From assembly GCA_003193925.1 (NCBI GenBank), contig PSPG01000002.1, positions 1 to 64,000 of the forward strand: DNA of 64,000 bases. Reading direction: 5' to 3'. Shown piece after piece: positions 49,967 to 58,859 of the stretch (positions within the stretch are counted from its first letter, which is position 1; each line of letters opens with the position of its first letter). The notes under the pieces were generated by a model, which saw nothing but the letters and a program-made list of their open reading frames with translations, did no database searches and had not been told where the DNA came from. The DNA is from Candidatus Thalassarchaeum betae. GTDB taxonomy: Archaea; Thermoplasmatota; Poseidoniia; Poseidoniales; Thalassarchaeaceae. The position numbers and the translations under genes are program-made.

Positions 49967-52900
49967 TCAGTCGAAGTCGCTGCACAGCTCGCCCTGACTG
50001 GGAAAGCTGACTGCCGACTTGGGGTTGGTGTTCCACTTGTTCTCGCACTTGTTGAGATACCCGTCGCCGTCCGAGTCGATGTTGGCGTCGGCCGGGTCAA
50101 ACGGATCGAAGCCGAAGTAGTACTCCCATCCTGACCACATGCCGTCGTCGTCCTGGTCCTGGTGATACACCTCCGAGCCATCGAACCACTGATCGCCGTC
50201 TGTATCCGGGTCGACGGGATTCGTCCCGTTCTCGAACTCCTCGTAGTTGGTGAAGTTCTCGAGGTCGTCGTAGAACCTCCTGCCGTTGTCTGTGGTCGGG
50301 TCGATGTGGCACTCGGAGTTCTGCGGGTTGTCCCATCCGGGGCAGTAGCGATACAACAGGTGCGTCCGATTGAGCCCGTCGCCGTCGAAGTCCTCCTGGC
50401 CGTCGTCGATGCCATCGACGTCCGAGTCGAACATCTTCGGGTCCATCGGACCGCGGGCTCCGACGGCGCTCAGGGTGTTGTTGTCGACCAGCCCCAGGCT
50501 GAGTGCTATCTCCGAGTAGTAGACCTCCCAGCCGTCGGGAAGCTTGTCCCCGTCGGTGTCGTCGTCCACTGGGTTGGTGTCCCAGCGGTCAGGGGCCTCG
50601 AGAGAGTTCATGAGTGTGTCATTGTCGATGTCGAAGGCCGAGTCGGGAAGCGAGCCCCATGCCGGGTTGAGGGCCCATCGTCCGCTGGCGGGTACGGTGA
50701 AACCTGACAGGTTCATCTCGTGCAGGAAGTACTTCGGATCCATGTCGCCGTCGCCGTCTCGGTCCCCGGAGGTCGAGAAGCCCGCGAGGTAACTGCTCCA
50801 GACCCAGCCACCGGGCCCGAGTCCACACTCGAGCATCGAATCACAGCCCGGCGGTAGCCAGTCGGTGACGCTGATCCAGAGGCTGTGGCTCTTCGTGTTG
50901 TGCTGGACGGAGAAGACCTGCATCTCCCAGCCATCGGGCTGACCGTCGCCGTCAGTGTCGTTGTTCAGTGGGTTGGTGGCACCCTGCCAAGGCCGTGGGA
51001 TGTTGAGTACCTCGCTACCGTCGAACAGGCCGTCGTCGTCACTGTCGGGGTTGTTGGCGTGGGTGATGTACTGGTCGAGGCCGTCGATGACCTCCTCCCC
51101 GTCGGACAGGCCGTCGAGGTCGGTATCGTGCGAAGAGGCATTGGTGAAGTACACCGAACCGTTCCATACGAAGCCGTCAACGGCCTCGGTGAAGTCCTCG
51201 AGACCGTCACTGTCGGTGTCCCTGTCAGAGGCATTGGTGAAAGTTTCGTAGTACTCGACAGCGTCGGACAAGCCGTCCCTGTCGGTGTCGTAGGCACCCG
51301 GATCGCTCCTTACTAAGACATCCCTCACACCCTGATCGACGATGCGAATGGTCCAGCCGATCACCTCGATGCCGTCGATGAGTCCGTCTCCGTCGGTATC
51401 GGCGACCAGCGGGTCGGTCGAGCGGCCGTCGACGAAGCCATCGCCGTCCCGGTCCCTCGCATTGTACTCGTCGAGGTTGGTGAAGCGCTCGTGCTCCTCG
51501 ACGACTACGGCGAGGTCCTGTAGACGGCTCGTGACCTCCTGGCCGATCTCGACGTTGATGTGGTAGATCCAGCCGGCGATCAGGGTCTTGATCGGGATGT
51601 TGACGTACTGGCTCTCCTGGACAGTCCTGACCCAGAGGATGGTGCTGTTGACCTGCACGTAGTCGCCGATCTCGACCGAGATGGCATGGATGGTGGTCAC
51701 GCCAACGAGCCCTGTGTATCGCACGCCCCCGTCGCCGTCGGCGTCGTAACCGTCGAAGTCGGGGTCGTCGTCAGCGTTGCTGCCGTCGTTCGGATGGATT
51801 CCGCTGAGGTGCTCCCACCCGTCGGGCATGCCGTCACCGTCGGTGTCGAACTCCAGCGGATTGGTGAAGTTCTCCGGACCCCAGGTGTAGGCGACCTCGT
51901 ACTCCTCGACGTTGTTCAGCCCGTCCCCGTCGGGGTCGCCGTAGGCGTCGGTGGCGTTGGCGGGGTTAAGGAAGCGGTCGCCCGAGGAATCGAGGCTGTA
52001 GCAGTACTCGAAGCCGTCGGGCATGCCGTCGCCGTCGGTGTCCCAGTCGCCCGGACCGTTGAGGCGGCCGTCGTTGTCCATGTCCTGCTCGAACCAGGTC
52101 CGGTCGCCGTGGCCGCTCATGTACTCCGTGTACGGCGCTTGCAGGGTCAAGGTGCCGAAGACGGGGACGCCGCAGTGGACGCCCAGTTGGATCTGCCCGT
52201 AGGCGATCTCGTACCTGTCTGCAATGAGGTCGCCGTCGCTGTCCTCCTCGAGCGGGTTGGTGTCGTACCTCTCCTCGACGTAATTGCGCAGACTGTCGGG
52301 TTCGGGCTGCTCGAGGTCCAGCAGGGCATCGCACGAGTGGCCGAACTGGCTGCCCATCTCCTCCCACTCGCTCGAGCCGATGTCCTGCTCGATCTGCCCC
52401 TGGACCTCGGGAGTCAACAGGTAGCAGTCCCAGTTGCCGTCGAGTGGGTCGAGTAGGGTGATTGACCCCGAAGGGGTCTCGATAACGAAGGTGTACTCGG
52501 ACTCCCAGCGGTCATTCAGACCGTCGCCGTCGGTGTCCCTGAGATTGGGATTGGTGCCGAGGAGCATCTCCTCGGTGTTGGTCAGGCCGTCCCGGTCCGG
52601 GTCTCCGAAGGGCCCGTTGTCCGGATTGGGGAAGGTCTCGTTCTGCTCCCCAGTCTCCTCCTCGTTGTCGGGGGAGTTGTGGGATATCTCGCTGAGGTCG
52701 GGCTCGCCGTTGTCCAGGGGATCCAGCCCATTGGCTATCTCCCACCCGTCGTCGAGCCCGTCGCCATCGGTGTCGGCCTCCCTCCAGTCGGTTCCGTAGA
52801 GCGTCTGCTCCATCCTGTCCGGCAGTCCGTCGCCGTCGAAGTCCTCCCCGCCGACGTGGGTGTCGTCGCTGGATACGATGTCCCCCGCTGCTGGTTCGAA

Positions 52901-53011
52901 GCCGCCGGAAGTGGTGGTGGACAGGCCGGCGTCGATGATGGTGTAGAAGCCGGCCAGACACAGCGTCGCTGTGATTGCAAGCACCGCATACTGGTTGTGA
53001 TTCAGAGCCAT
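49967..53011 (-). CDS. N-terminally anchored surface protein with DxDxDG(M/L)PDGWE Ca-binding-type repeats and an inserted lipoyl/biotinyl-like domain
   Basis: N-terminal TM YAVLAITATLCLAGFYTII; many DTDGDGxxDGWE and DPDxDGLxNxEE repeats. Start ATG 53011. Confidence 0.82.
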   Translation of the reverse strand: MALNHNQYAVLAITATLCLAGFYTIIDAGLSTTTSGGFEPAAGDIVSSDDTHVGGEDFDGDGLPDRMEQTLYGTDWREADTDGDGLDDGWEIANGLDPLDNGEPDLSEISHNSPDNEEETGEQNETFPNPDNGPFGDPDRDGLTNTEEMLLGTNPNLRDTDGDGLNDRWESEYTFVIETPSGSITLLDPLDGNWDCYLLTPEVQGQIEQDIGSSEWEEMGSQFGHSCDALLDLEQPEPDSLRNYVEERYDTNPLEEDSDGDLIADRYEIAYGQIQLGVHCGVPVFGTLTLQAPYTEYMSGHGDRTWFEQDMDNDGRLNGPGDWDTDGDGMPDGFEYCYSLDSSGDRFLNPANATDAYGDPDGDGLNNVEEYEVAYTWGPENFTNPLEFDTDGDGMPDGWEHLSGIHPNDGSNADDDPDFDGYDADGDGGVRYTGLVGVTTIHAISVEIGDYVQVNSTILWVRTVQESQYVNIPIKTLIAGWIYHINVEIGQEVTSRLQDLAVVVEEHERFTNLDEYNARDRDGDGFVDGRSTDPLVADTDGDGLIDGIEVIGWTIRIVDQGVRDVLVRSDPGAYDTDRDGLSDAVEYYETFTNASDRDTDSDGLEDFTEAVDGFVWNGSVYFTNASSHDTDLDGLSDGEEVIDGLDQYITHANNPDSDDDGLFDGSEVLNIPRPWQGATNPLNNDTDGDGQPDGWEMQVFSVQHNTKSHSLWISVTDWLPPGCDSMLECGLGPGGWVWSSYLAGFSTSGDRDGDGDMDPKYFLHEMNLSGFTVPASGRWALNPAWGSLPDSAFDIDNDTLMNSLEAPDRWDTNPVDDDTDGDKLPDGWEVYYSEIALSLGLVDNNTLSAVGARGPMDPKMFDSDVDGIDDGQEDFDGDGLNRTHLLYRYCPGWDNPQNSECHIDPTTDNGRRFYDDLENFTNYEEFENGTNPVDPDTDGDQWFDGSEVYHQDQDDDGMWSGWEYYFGFDPFDPADANIDSDGDGYLNKCENKWNTNPKSAVSFPSQGELCSDFD

Positions 53012-53093
53012 GGAGGCACATCCGGCCCCAATGGGGCCGTCCGCTTGAATTTGGGTCCGGATATAATGTTTCACGGCAACCGAGCACGGGCAA

Positions 53094-54227
53094 TCATCCC
53101 GCTATCTCCCTCGAAGAGCGTATCTCGAGCGTCAGTCTGCCGTCCTCGAACGAGGTCGAGACGTGTCCATTTCTTCCGTATGCTCGTTCCCAGCAGCCTA
53201 GCAGTACCCCACTTGCGATCGCCGGGTGAAAGACGGACGCGAAGACCAGCCTGACTCCGCCGTGCTCATCCGCCTGCGAGGTACTTTCGATCCCACCGAG
53301 TCCGTGCGAGCTGAGGTGCCGACGAGTGATGCTCACCCAGTCTGAGTGAGCCCGGACGAGGACGTGATGGCCCTCAGAGACGAACCTCTCCCTCGCCGAG
53401 TCGGCGGCTGCCGTCCACCACGTGGAGCGCTTGTCGTCGAGTCCTTCCCATCGATAGTCCTCGTCCCTGCCCTCGTGGACCACATCCAGATAGGGGAGGC
53501 AGTAGTCCTCGAATCGCAGGATGAGGTCGCGGTGCAGGAACATCCTGCGCTCGTTCATTATCGACCAACACCCAGAGGATTCAACTCGCAGATCAGCCCA
53601 CAACTCATCAGTCGACTCTTTGCCGAGATCACAGCCAATCTCCTGATCCCCCCAACTGGGCCTGCGGGGCTTCGGTACGGGGACTTGGGTGTCATCTGGA
53701 GTGAGTGTGATGACCAGTCCCTCACCCGCACTCTCCGACCACAGGAAGCGGTGTCGCTTGCCCGTAGCCCTCTCCCACGCTGCGGCGACCAGCCCCGAGC
53801 AGATCGGGCCCGAGGCAGGGCGGTCGATGAGGATCCGCGTCTCCTCGCCGTCATCTAGGAGCTCGAATCGGCCAAGGCCCCTGGACTCCCAGTCTTGGAT
53901 GGTACTCGACCAAGAAGCGGGGTCGCGTCCAGAAGGAGCGTCCCAGCCCTCGAAACCCATCATGTGCTCCTCGTACTCCATGGCAGCATGTGCTAGGCGA
54001 CGGCCGAGACTCTGCCCGGTCCTCTGTTCGAGCCTCTGGAACCACGACTCGAACCAGCCCACGCCGACTCGCCAAGCGAGCTTGTATGGGTCGTAGTCAC
54101 GAGCCATGTCGCTGTAGGTGCCGTCATCAATCGGCATCCATCTGAGTTTCATTTGGTTTTCGGGGGACAACGGATCTCCGTAGAAGTGCTTGAGGAAGAA
54201 GTTCCCGAGGGCATCGAACAGGCCCAT
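53094..54227 (-). CDS. Hypothetical protein with two V4R/Bet3-like repeats
   Basis: Internal duplication SRGLGRF...ICSGLVAAAWERATG versus SHGLGGI...IASGVLLGCWERAYG. Start ATG 54227. Confidence 0.65.
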   Translation of the reverse strand: MGLFDALGNFFLKHFYGDPLSPENQMKLRWMPIDDGTYSDMARDYDPYKLAWRVGVGWFESWFQRLEQRTGQSLGRRLAHAAMEYEEHMMGFEGWDAPSGRDPASWSSTIQDWESRGLGRFELLDDGEETRILIDRPASGPICSGLVAAAWERATGKRHRFLWSESAGEGLVITLTPDDTQVPVPKPRRPSWGDQEIGCDLGKESTDELWADLRVESSGCWSIMNERRMFLHRDLILRFEDYCLPYLDVVHEGRDEDYRWEGLDDKRSTWWTAAADSARERFVSEGHHVLVRAHSDWVSITRRHLSSHGLGGIESTSQADEHGGVRLVFASVFHPAIASGVLLGCWERAYGRNGHVSTSFEDGRLTLEIRSSREIAG

Positions 54228-54229
54228 GC

Positions 54230-55432
54230 TCAGCCCCGCAGAAACGCTTCGATGCGATCGAAGGCCTCGGCGAGGACCTCGACGGGCGGCAGGCACACCA
54301 TCCTGAAGTGGCCCTGTCCGAACTCAGGCGAGAAGCCCGAGCCATGGACGAGCAGGACGTGGTACTGGTGCAGCAGGTCGAGCACGAAGCGCTTGTCGTC
54401 CGCGGCCATCTTGGGGTTGGTGATGCTGACGAACAGGTAGAACGCGCCGCCCGGTGCCTCGCAGTCCAGCCCTTCGATGGTCTCGATCCTGTCCAGGCAG
54501 TAGTCCATCCTCTTCCTGATTGTGGCACGATGCCCCTCCAGCCAGCCGGTGTCGTCGGTCAAGCCCGCGAGGAAGCCGTGCTGTGCTGGCGTGGAAGCGC
54601 AGAGTCGGCTGCGGAGCAGCCGCTCGACACCATCGCGAACAAGTTCCAGCCTTCCCTGAGGGTCATGCCAAGCCATGTAGCCGACCCTCCAGCCGGGTGC
54701 GAAGTAGACCTTGGAGGCCCCGTTGAGTACGATGACCGGTACTTCTTCCGAGCGTGAGGCCACCGAGCACTGCTGGCCAGTGAAGTCCAGTCCGTCGTAA
54801 ATCTCGTCGGCGATGATGGTGCACTTGGGCCATAGGCTCGCAATCTCGATGAGCGCGTCGACCTCCTCGGGGGTGGCGACGTTGCCTGTCGGGTTGTTGG
54901 GGTTGATCAGGACCAGCAGGCGGACGCTGTCGTCCATCTTCGCGCTGATGTCGTCGAGGTCGATGCGCCAGCCGTCGTCCGGGTCCAGCCGGTACTCCAC
55001 GGTCGTTCCCCCGTACATCTGCGGGTAGGCCATGTAGGGAGGGTAGTGCGGCCCAGGTGCGAGGACGGTGTCGCCCTCTTCGAGGAAGGCTGCGAAGATG
55101 ATCTGCAGGGCCTCGGTGACGCCGTGTGTGACATAGACGTCATCAGTCGAGCAGTCCCATCCTTTCGAGCGCTCTCTGGAGGTTATGGCGTGGCGCAGTT
55201 CTGGTATTCCATAAGACGGGCCGTAGCCGTTGTCCTGCCGGTCAAGAGCCGCCTTGAAGGCGGTGACCATGTGGTCTGGAGTGGGCAATCCGTCGTAGGC
55301 CAGCGGGTCACCGATGTTGAGTCGGATTATCTCGTGGCCCTGTGCCTCGAGCTCGACGGCGGGAACCACGACGTCTCGGATGGCGTACTCTATCGCGGCG
55401 GCGCGAGCCGAGACATCAACCTGTTCGACCAC
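54230..55432 (-). CDS. PLP-dependent class I/II aminotransferase (alanine aminotransferase-like)
   Basis: IEYAIRD, LNIGDP, INPNNPTG, DEIYD, SKVYFAPGWRVG. Start GTG 55432. Confidence 0.92.
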   Translation of the reverse strand: MVEQVDVSARAAAIEYAIRDVVVPAVELEAQGHEIIRLNIGDPLAYDGLPTPDHMVTAFKAALDRQDNGYGPSYGIPELRHAITSRERSKGWDCSTDDVYVTHGVTEALQIIFAAFLEEGDTVLAPGPHYPPYMAYPQMYGGTTVEYRLDPDDGWRIDLDDISAKMDDSVRLLVLINPNNPTGNVATPEEVDALIEIASLWPKCTIIADEIYDGLDFTGQQCSVASRSEEVPVIVLNGASKVYFAPGWRVGYMAWHDPQGRLELVRDGVERLLRSRLCASTPAQHGFLAGLTDDTGWLEGHRATIRKRMDYCLDRIETIEGLDCEAPGGAFYLFVSITNPKMAADDKRFVLDLLHQYHVLLVHGSGFSPEFGQGHFRMVCLPPVEVLAEAFDRIEAFLRG

Positions 55433-55507
55433 GCTCGTGCGTGATGCGGTTCGGCCATCAAATCGACGGATGAACAAAGTCAAGCCCGGGCCCTCTCAGG
55501 GGCCGGA

Positions 55508-55885
55508 GTGGGCGAGGACCCGGGAACTTTGTCGAAACTGACCGCACTCGGCTTGGTGCCGATGGGCATAGTGCTCTCTGCGGTGCTCTTCGAGATGCCA
55601 GCTGACGGGCAGCAGAGGTTCACGATGGCCATCTTCTCTCTCGTAGTGATCATGCCGCTGTGCGCGGCATTCAGTCTGGTGCTGAAACTGAGGCACTGGG
55701 GCTTGGAACACGGCACACGACCGAAGTGGATGCCTAGGTCAAGGGTCTGGCATTTACTGGCAATGCTGGTGTTGTTCGCGCTCCTCGCCCTGATGATTAC
55801 CTCCCAGGGGGACGTGCTGGGTTTCCACGGGATGCTGGGCGCATGGCTCGTGATCTGGATTACCGCATACCGGCTGATTAACTGA
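55508..55885 (+). CDS. Hypothetical four-TM membrane protein
   Basis: 125 aa with four hydrophobic segments; fills the gap between flanking genes. Confidence 0.65.
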   Translation: MGEDPGTLSKLTALGLVPMGIVLSAVLFEMPADGQQRFTMAIFSLVVIMPLCAAFSLVLKLRHWGLEHGTRPKWMPRSRVWHLLAMLVLFALLALMITSQGDVLGFHGMLGAWLVIWITAYRLIN

Positions 55886-58754
55886 TACCTAGCAACGAGC
55901 GCGCTGCATCGAGCGCGGCCGGGATGCCATCGGGCTTCGAGCCGCCGCCTTGGGCGATGGTGGGCCTGCCGCCGCCCGCTCCCCCGATGTGACCTGCTAT
56001 CGCATTGAGGATCTCGACGGCGTTGTGGCGCTCTGCTGCGACACTGCCCTCGGTGGAGGCGACTATGAGGGTCCCTCCGCCCTCTCTGCTGCCTAGCACT
56101 GCGAGGGTCGGCGTGGATGCGTCGCGAGTCAGCTCTCCGAGCATCGCCATCATCTGCTTGGCATCCCCTCCGGATTCCATCACCACGTACCTGACGCCCT
56201 CCTTCTCGACCGCAGCATCACCGCCGCCATCGGTCCGCAATCTCACGATCTCGGCCTCCAGAGATTCGATGCGCTTCTGCTGCGACTTCCACTCGCCGAA
56301 GAAGCGCGAGACGGTGCGCGGCAGGTCGTCCGGCTGCACCCCGAGGATCTCTGAGGCGTCACCGAGAAGGCGCTCCTGGCGCCGGGTGTGCTCGCGTGCC
56401 GTCCCCCCTGCCACGATCTGCAGACGCTCCACTCCGTCTTGGACTTGACTCGACCTGATGATGAGTAACTCCCCGATTTCGCCGGCTTCGTCATGGTGCG
56501 TGCCCCCGCATGCCTGGGTGTCGTAGTCGCCGATCTTGATGATGCGAATCTGGCTGTGCTTGGGCGGTCCGCCCTGATAGATGTCGAAGCCGAAGGTGGC
56601 GTCGGCGTCCGCTCTATCCATCACCAGCTTCTCGATCCCAGGATTCGCCTCGACGATCTCGTTCGCCCTGTCCTCGATGGTGTCGAGGACCTCCCTGGTG
56701 AGTCTAGAGTGGTGGGTGATGTCCAGCCTCGCGTAGCGTGCGCCCTTGTTCGAGCCGGCCTGCCAAACATGGGGGCCGAGGACCTCTCTGGCGGAGCCGC
56801 CGACGATATGGACCGCCGTGTGGTGGTCCATCAGCTGCTTGCGGCGCTCCCAGTCGACAACCCCCCTGGCTGAGCCCCCCTCAAGTGGGGCGTCGGTGAG
56901 ATGCAGGATTACACCGTTCTCGACCCGGGTGTCGACCACGTTGGCGGCGGCGCCGTTCTGAGCCAGCATGCCTTGGTCACCGAGTTGCCCGCCCCCCTCG
57001 GGATAGAACAGGGTCCGATCTAGAACCACGGCGTGCGTAGGTACTCCGAAGACCTCGCTAGAGAGGTTCAGAGATTCTACCTCCTCGCTTGACAGAGGGG
57101 CGCAGTGCAGCACTTCGGCAGTGAACTCGGTGGCGCTGGTGTCGGCGTAGTAGTCAGGTGAGGTAGCGGGCAGCGCTGCCACCTCGAAGACGCTGTCCAT
57201 GGCCTTCGCCTTGGCCGCCACCTTGGTCATCTGCGCGTTGCGGGCAGCCATGTCGGCTGCGAACCCGACGCGCACGGACAGGCCCTCCCAGCCGAGCTCG
57301 TGCGCTATCGAGACGACCATGTCGGGATTGAGGCCTCTCTCCTCAGCGAGGCGAAACAGGGTCTCGTCAGGAGCCATGGCGACGTCCTTGGGAAGCGACT
57401 TGAGGGCGGTACGCACCGCTGCCTCACCTTTCCTCAGCATCTCGTGGTAGCGCACCTCCTCGAGCTCGAGTATCCTCAGTACGCCCTCGCGCGACTGCAC
57501 GAACGAGCCCATGTCGAGATGGGTGTCCATGTGGTGCGCGCCCAAGTCAGCGAGACTGATGGACGCGCCGAGGTCGTCCTTCATGCGGCAGACGCGGCGG
57601 GCCAGCATGCGAGCCAGGTAGCCGGCCTTGGAATTGCTCGGCACTAGGCCGTCGCCCAGCATGTTGCACAGAGCGTGCATGTGATCTGGTATGGCGTAGA
57701 TCGAGGACAGCGGCTCAGTCACTTGTTTCAACTCGTCAACGGAGAGATTGATACCGGTCTCGTAGAGTCGTTCGACCAACTTGTCGTACAGTGCTTCGAC
57801 ATCGGTTCCGACATCGATGTTGAGTATCCCGGCGAGCCTCGAGAGCTCGCCCAGCAGCGAGTCGATGCCGACCGCCATCCCGAGGGAGGATGCCATCGAG
57901 TCGAAGCCGCTCAGCTCCTTGAGCCAAGCCACCGACTCGGGGTAGATTGCCTCGTAGATGGTAGGGGTACCGGCGGCGGCCCAGCAGAATCTCTCGAGGC
58001 CGTAGCCGGTGTCGATGATCTGCAGGTCCATCTCCCTGTATCGCAGGCCCTTGATCTCGATGTCGCCGTCATCGGCCTCCTCGAGGTTCATGAAGACGAG
58101 CGTGGCGAGCTCCAGCCCGCCCACTATGACCTCCAATGCTGGTCCGGCGTTGCCGCCTCCAGACCAGGGGCTCTCGACGTAGGTGAGTTCCTTGGGATCG
58201 ATGCCCAATGAATCGACGAGCATCTCGTCGCAATAGCGAACGCACTGGTCGATCCAGTAGACGACATCGTTGTCCCCAGGCCTGTTGAAAGCGTGGTGCG
58301 CCATCATCTCGAATGCCGAGAGATGCCTTCCAGAACGGCCTACTGCGGCCAGGTCTGTCAGCCTGATGCACGGCTGACTGATACCTAGGGGGTTGGCCGG
58401 CGGCGGAACTTGGCCGCTGGTGACATGAGGCTGGAAGTCAGCTATGCTGGCGATGGTCAGGTGGATGTCGTCGCGCCATCTGGCGATGATCGGGTACGGC
58501 TCCACTCTCGTGTGACCGTGCTTGTCGAAGAAATCGAGGAAAGCTTCCCTCATGGCGTCCTTCAGGGCTTTCCCAAGCATCGGAAAGCCCTCGATGACCG
58601 GGTTGCCGATGAAAGTGTACGGGTCCTCGGTCGAATCACCGCACGTAGTGCGGCTCTCGTCCCTTGTCCAGAAGCGGACTCCGGTCACCCGGCAAGTCTT
58701 GCAGATGTGTCCCGACTCCTCCCAGAAGGGGATGTGAATCTCGCCGAACGCCAT
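55878..58754 (-). CDS. alaS: Alanine--tRNA ligase (archaeal type)
   Basis: N-terminal CKTC, TIASIADFQP, FEMMAHHAFN, DTGYGLER, editing-domain HTAVH and ACGGTH, GGGRPTIAQGGG. Start ATG 58754. Confidence 0.96.
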   Translation of the reverse strand: MAFGEIHIPFWEESGHICKTCRVTGVRFWTRDESRTTCGDSTEDPYTFIGNPVIEGFPMLGKALKDAMREAFLDFFDKHGHTRVEPYPIIARWRDDIHLTIASIADFQPHVTSGQVPPPANPLGISQPCIRLTDLAAVGRSGRHLSAFEMMAHHAFNRPGDNDVVYWIDQCVRYCDEMLVDSLGIDPKELTYVESPWSGGGNAGPALEVIVGGLELATLVFMNLEEADDGDIEIKGLRYREMDLQIIDTGYGLERFCWAAAGTPTIYEAIYPESVAWLKELSGFDSMASSLGMAVGIDSLLGELSRLAGILNIDVGTDVEALYDKLVERLYETGINLSVDELKQVTEPLSSIYAIPDHMHALCNMLGDGLVPSNSKAGYLARMLARRVCRMKDDLGASISLADLGAHHMDTHLDMGSFVQSREGVLRILELEEVRYHEMLRKGEAAVRTALKSLPKDVAMAPDETLFRLAEERGLNPDMVVSIAHELGWEGLSVRVGFAADMAARNAQMTKVAAKAKAMDSVFEVAALPATSPDYYADTSATEFTAEVLHCAPLSSEEVESLNLSSEVFGVPTHAVVLDRTLFYPEGGGQLGDQGMLAQNGAAANVVDTRVENGVILHLTDAPLEGGSARGVVDWERRKQLMDHHTAVHIVGGSAREVLGPHVWQAGSNKGARYARLDITHHSRLTREVLDTIEDRANEIVEANPGIEKLVMDRADADATFGFDIYQGGPPKHSQIRIIKIGDYDTQACGGTHHDEAGEIGELLIIRSSQVQDGVERLQIVAGGTAREHTRRQERLLGDASEILGVQPDDLPRTVSRFFGEWKSQQKRIESLEAEIVRLRTDGGGDAAVEKEGVRYVVMESGGDAKQMMAMLGELTRDASTPTLAVLGSREGGGTLIVASTEGSVAAERHNAVEILNAIAGHIGGAGGGRPTIAQGGGSKPDGIPAALDAARSLLGIS

Positions 58755-58859
58755 GCTACCGCGCCTTACCTGCGCTCGAGCCATCGGACAGGCGGTCTTG
58801 AAGGCAATTGTACGAGAGACGCCCGTTGCGTTGAAAGCGAGAGCGCAACAGGGTTGCCC

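Noticed and set aside
58410-58859. Apparent 150-aa N-terminal extension or fusion on RtcB
   Set aside because: It overlaps alaS on the opposite strand, and a promoter-like TTGAAAG precedes ATG 58860. No intein motifs were seen in RtcB.
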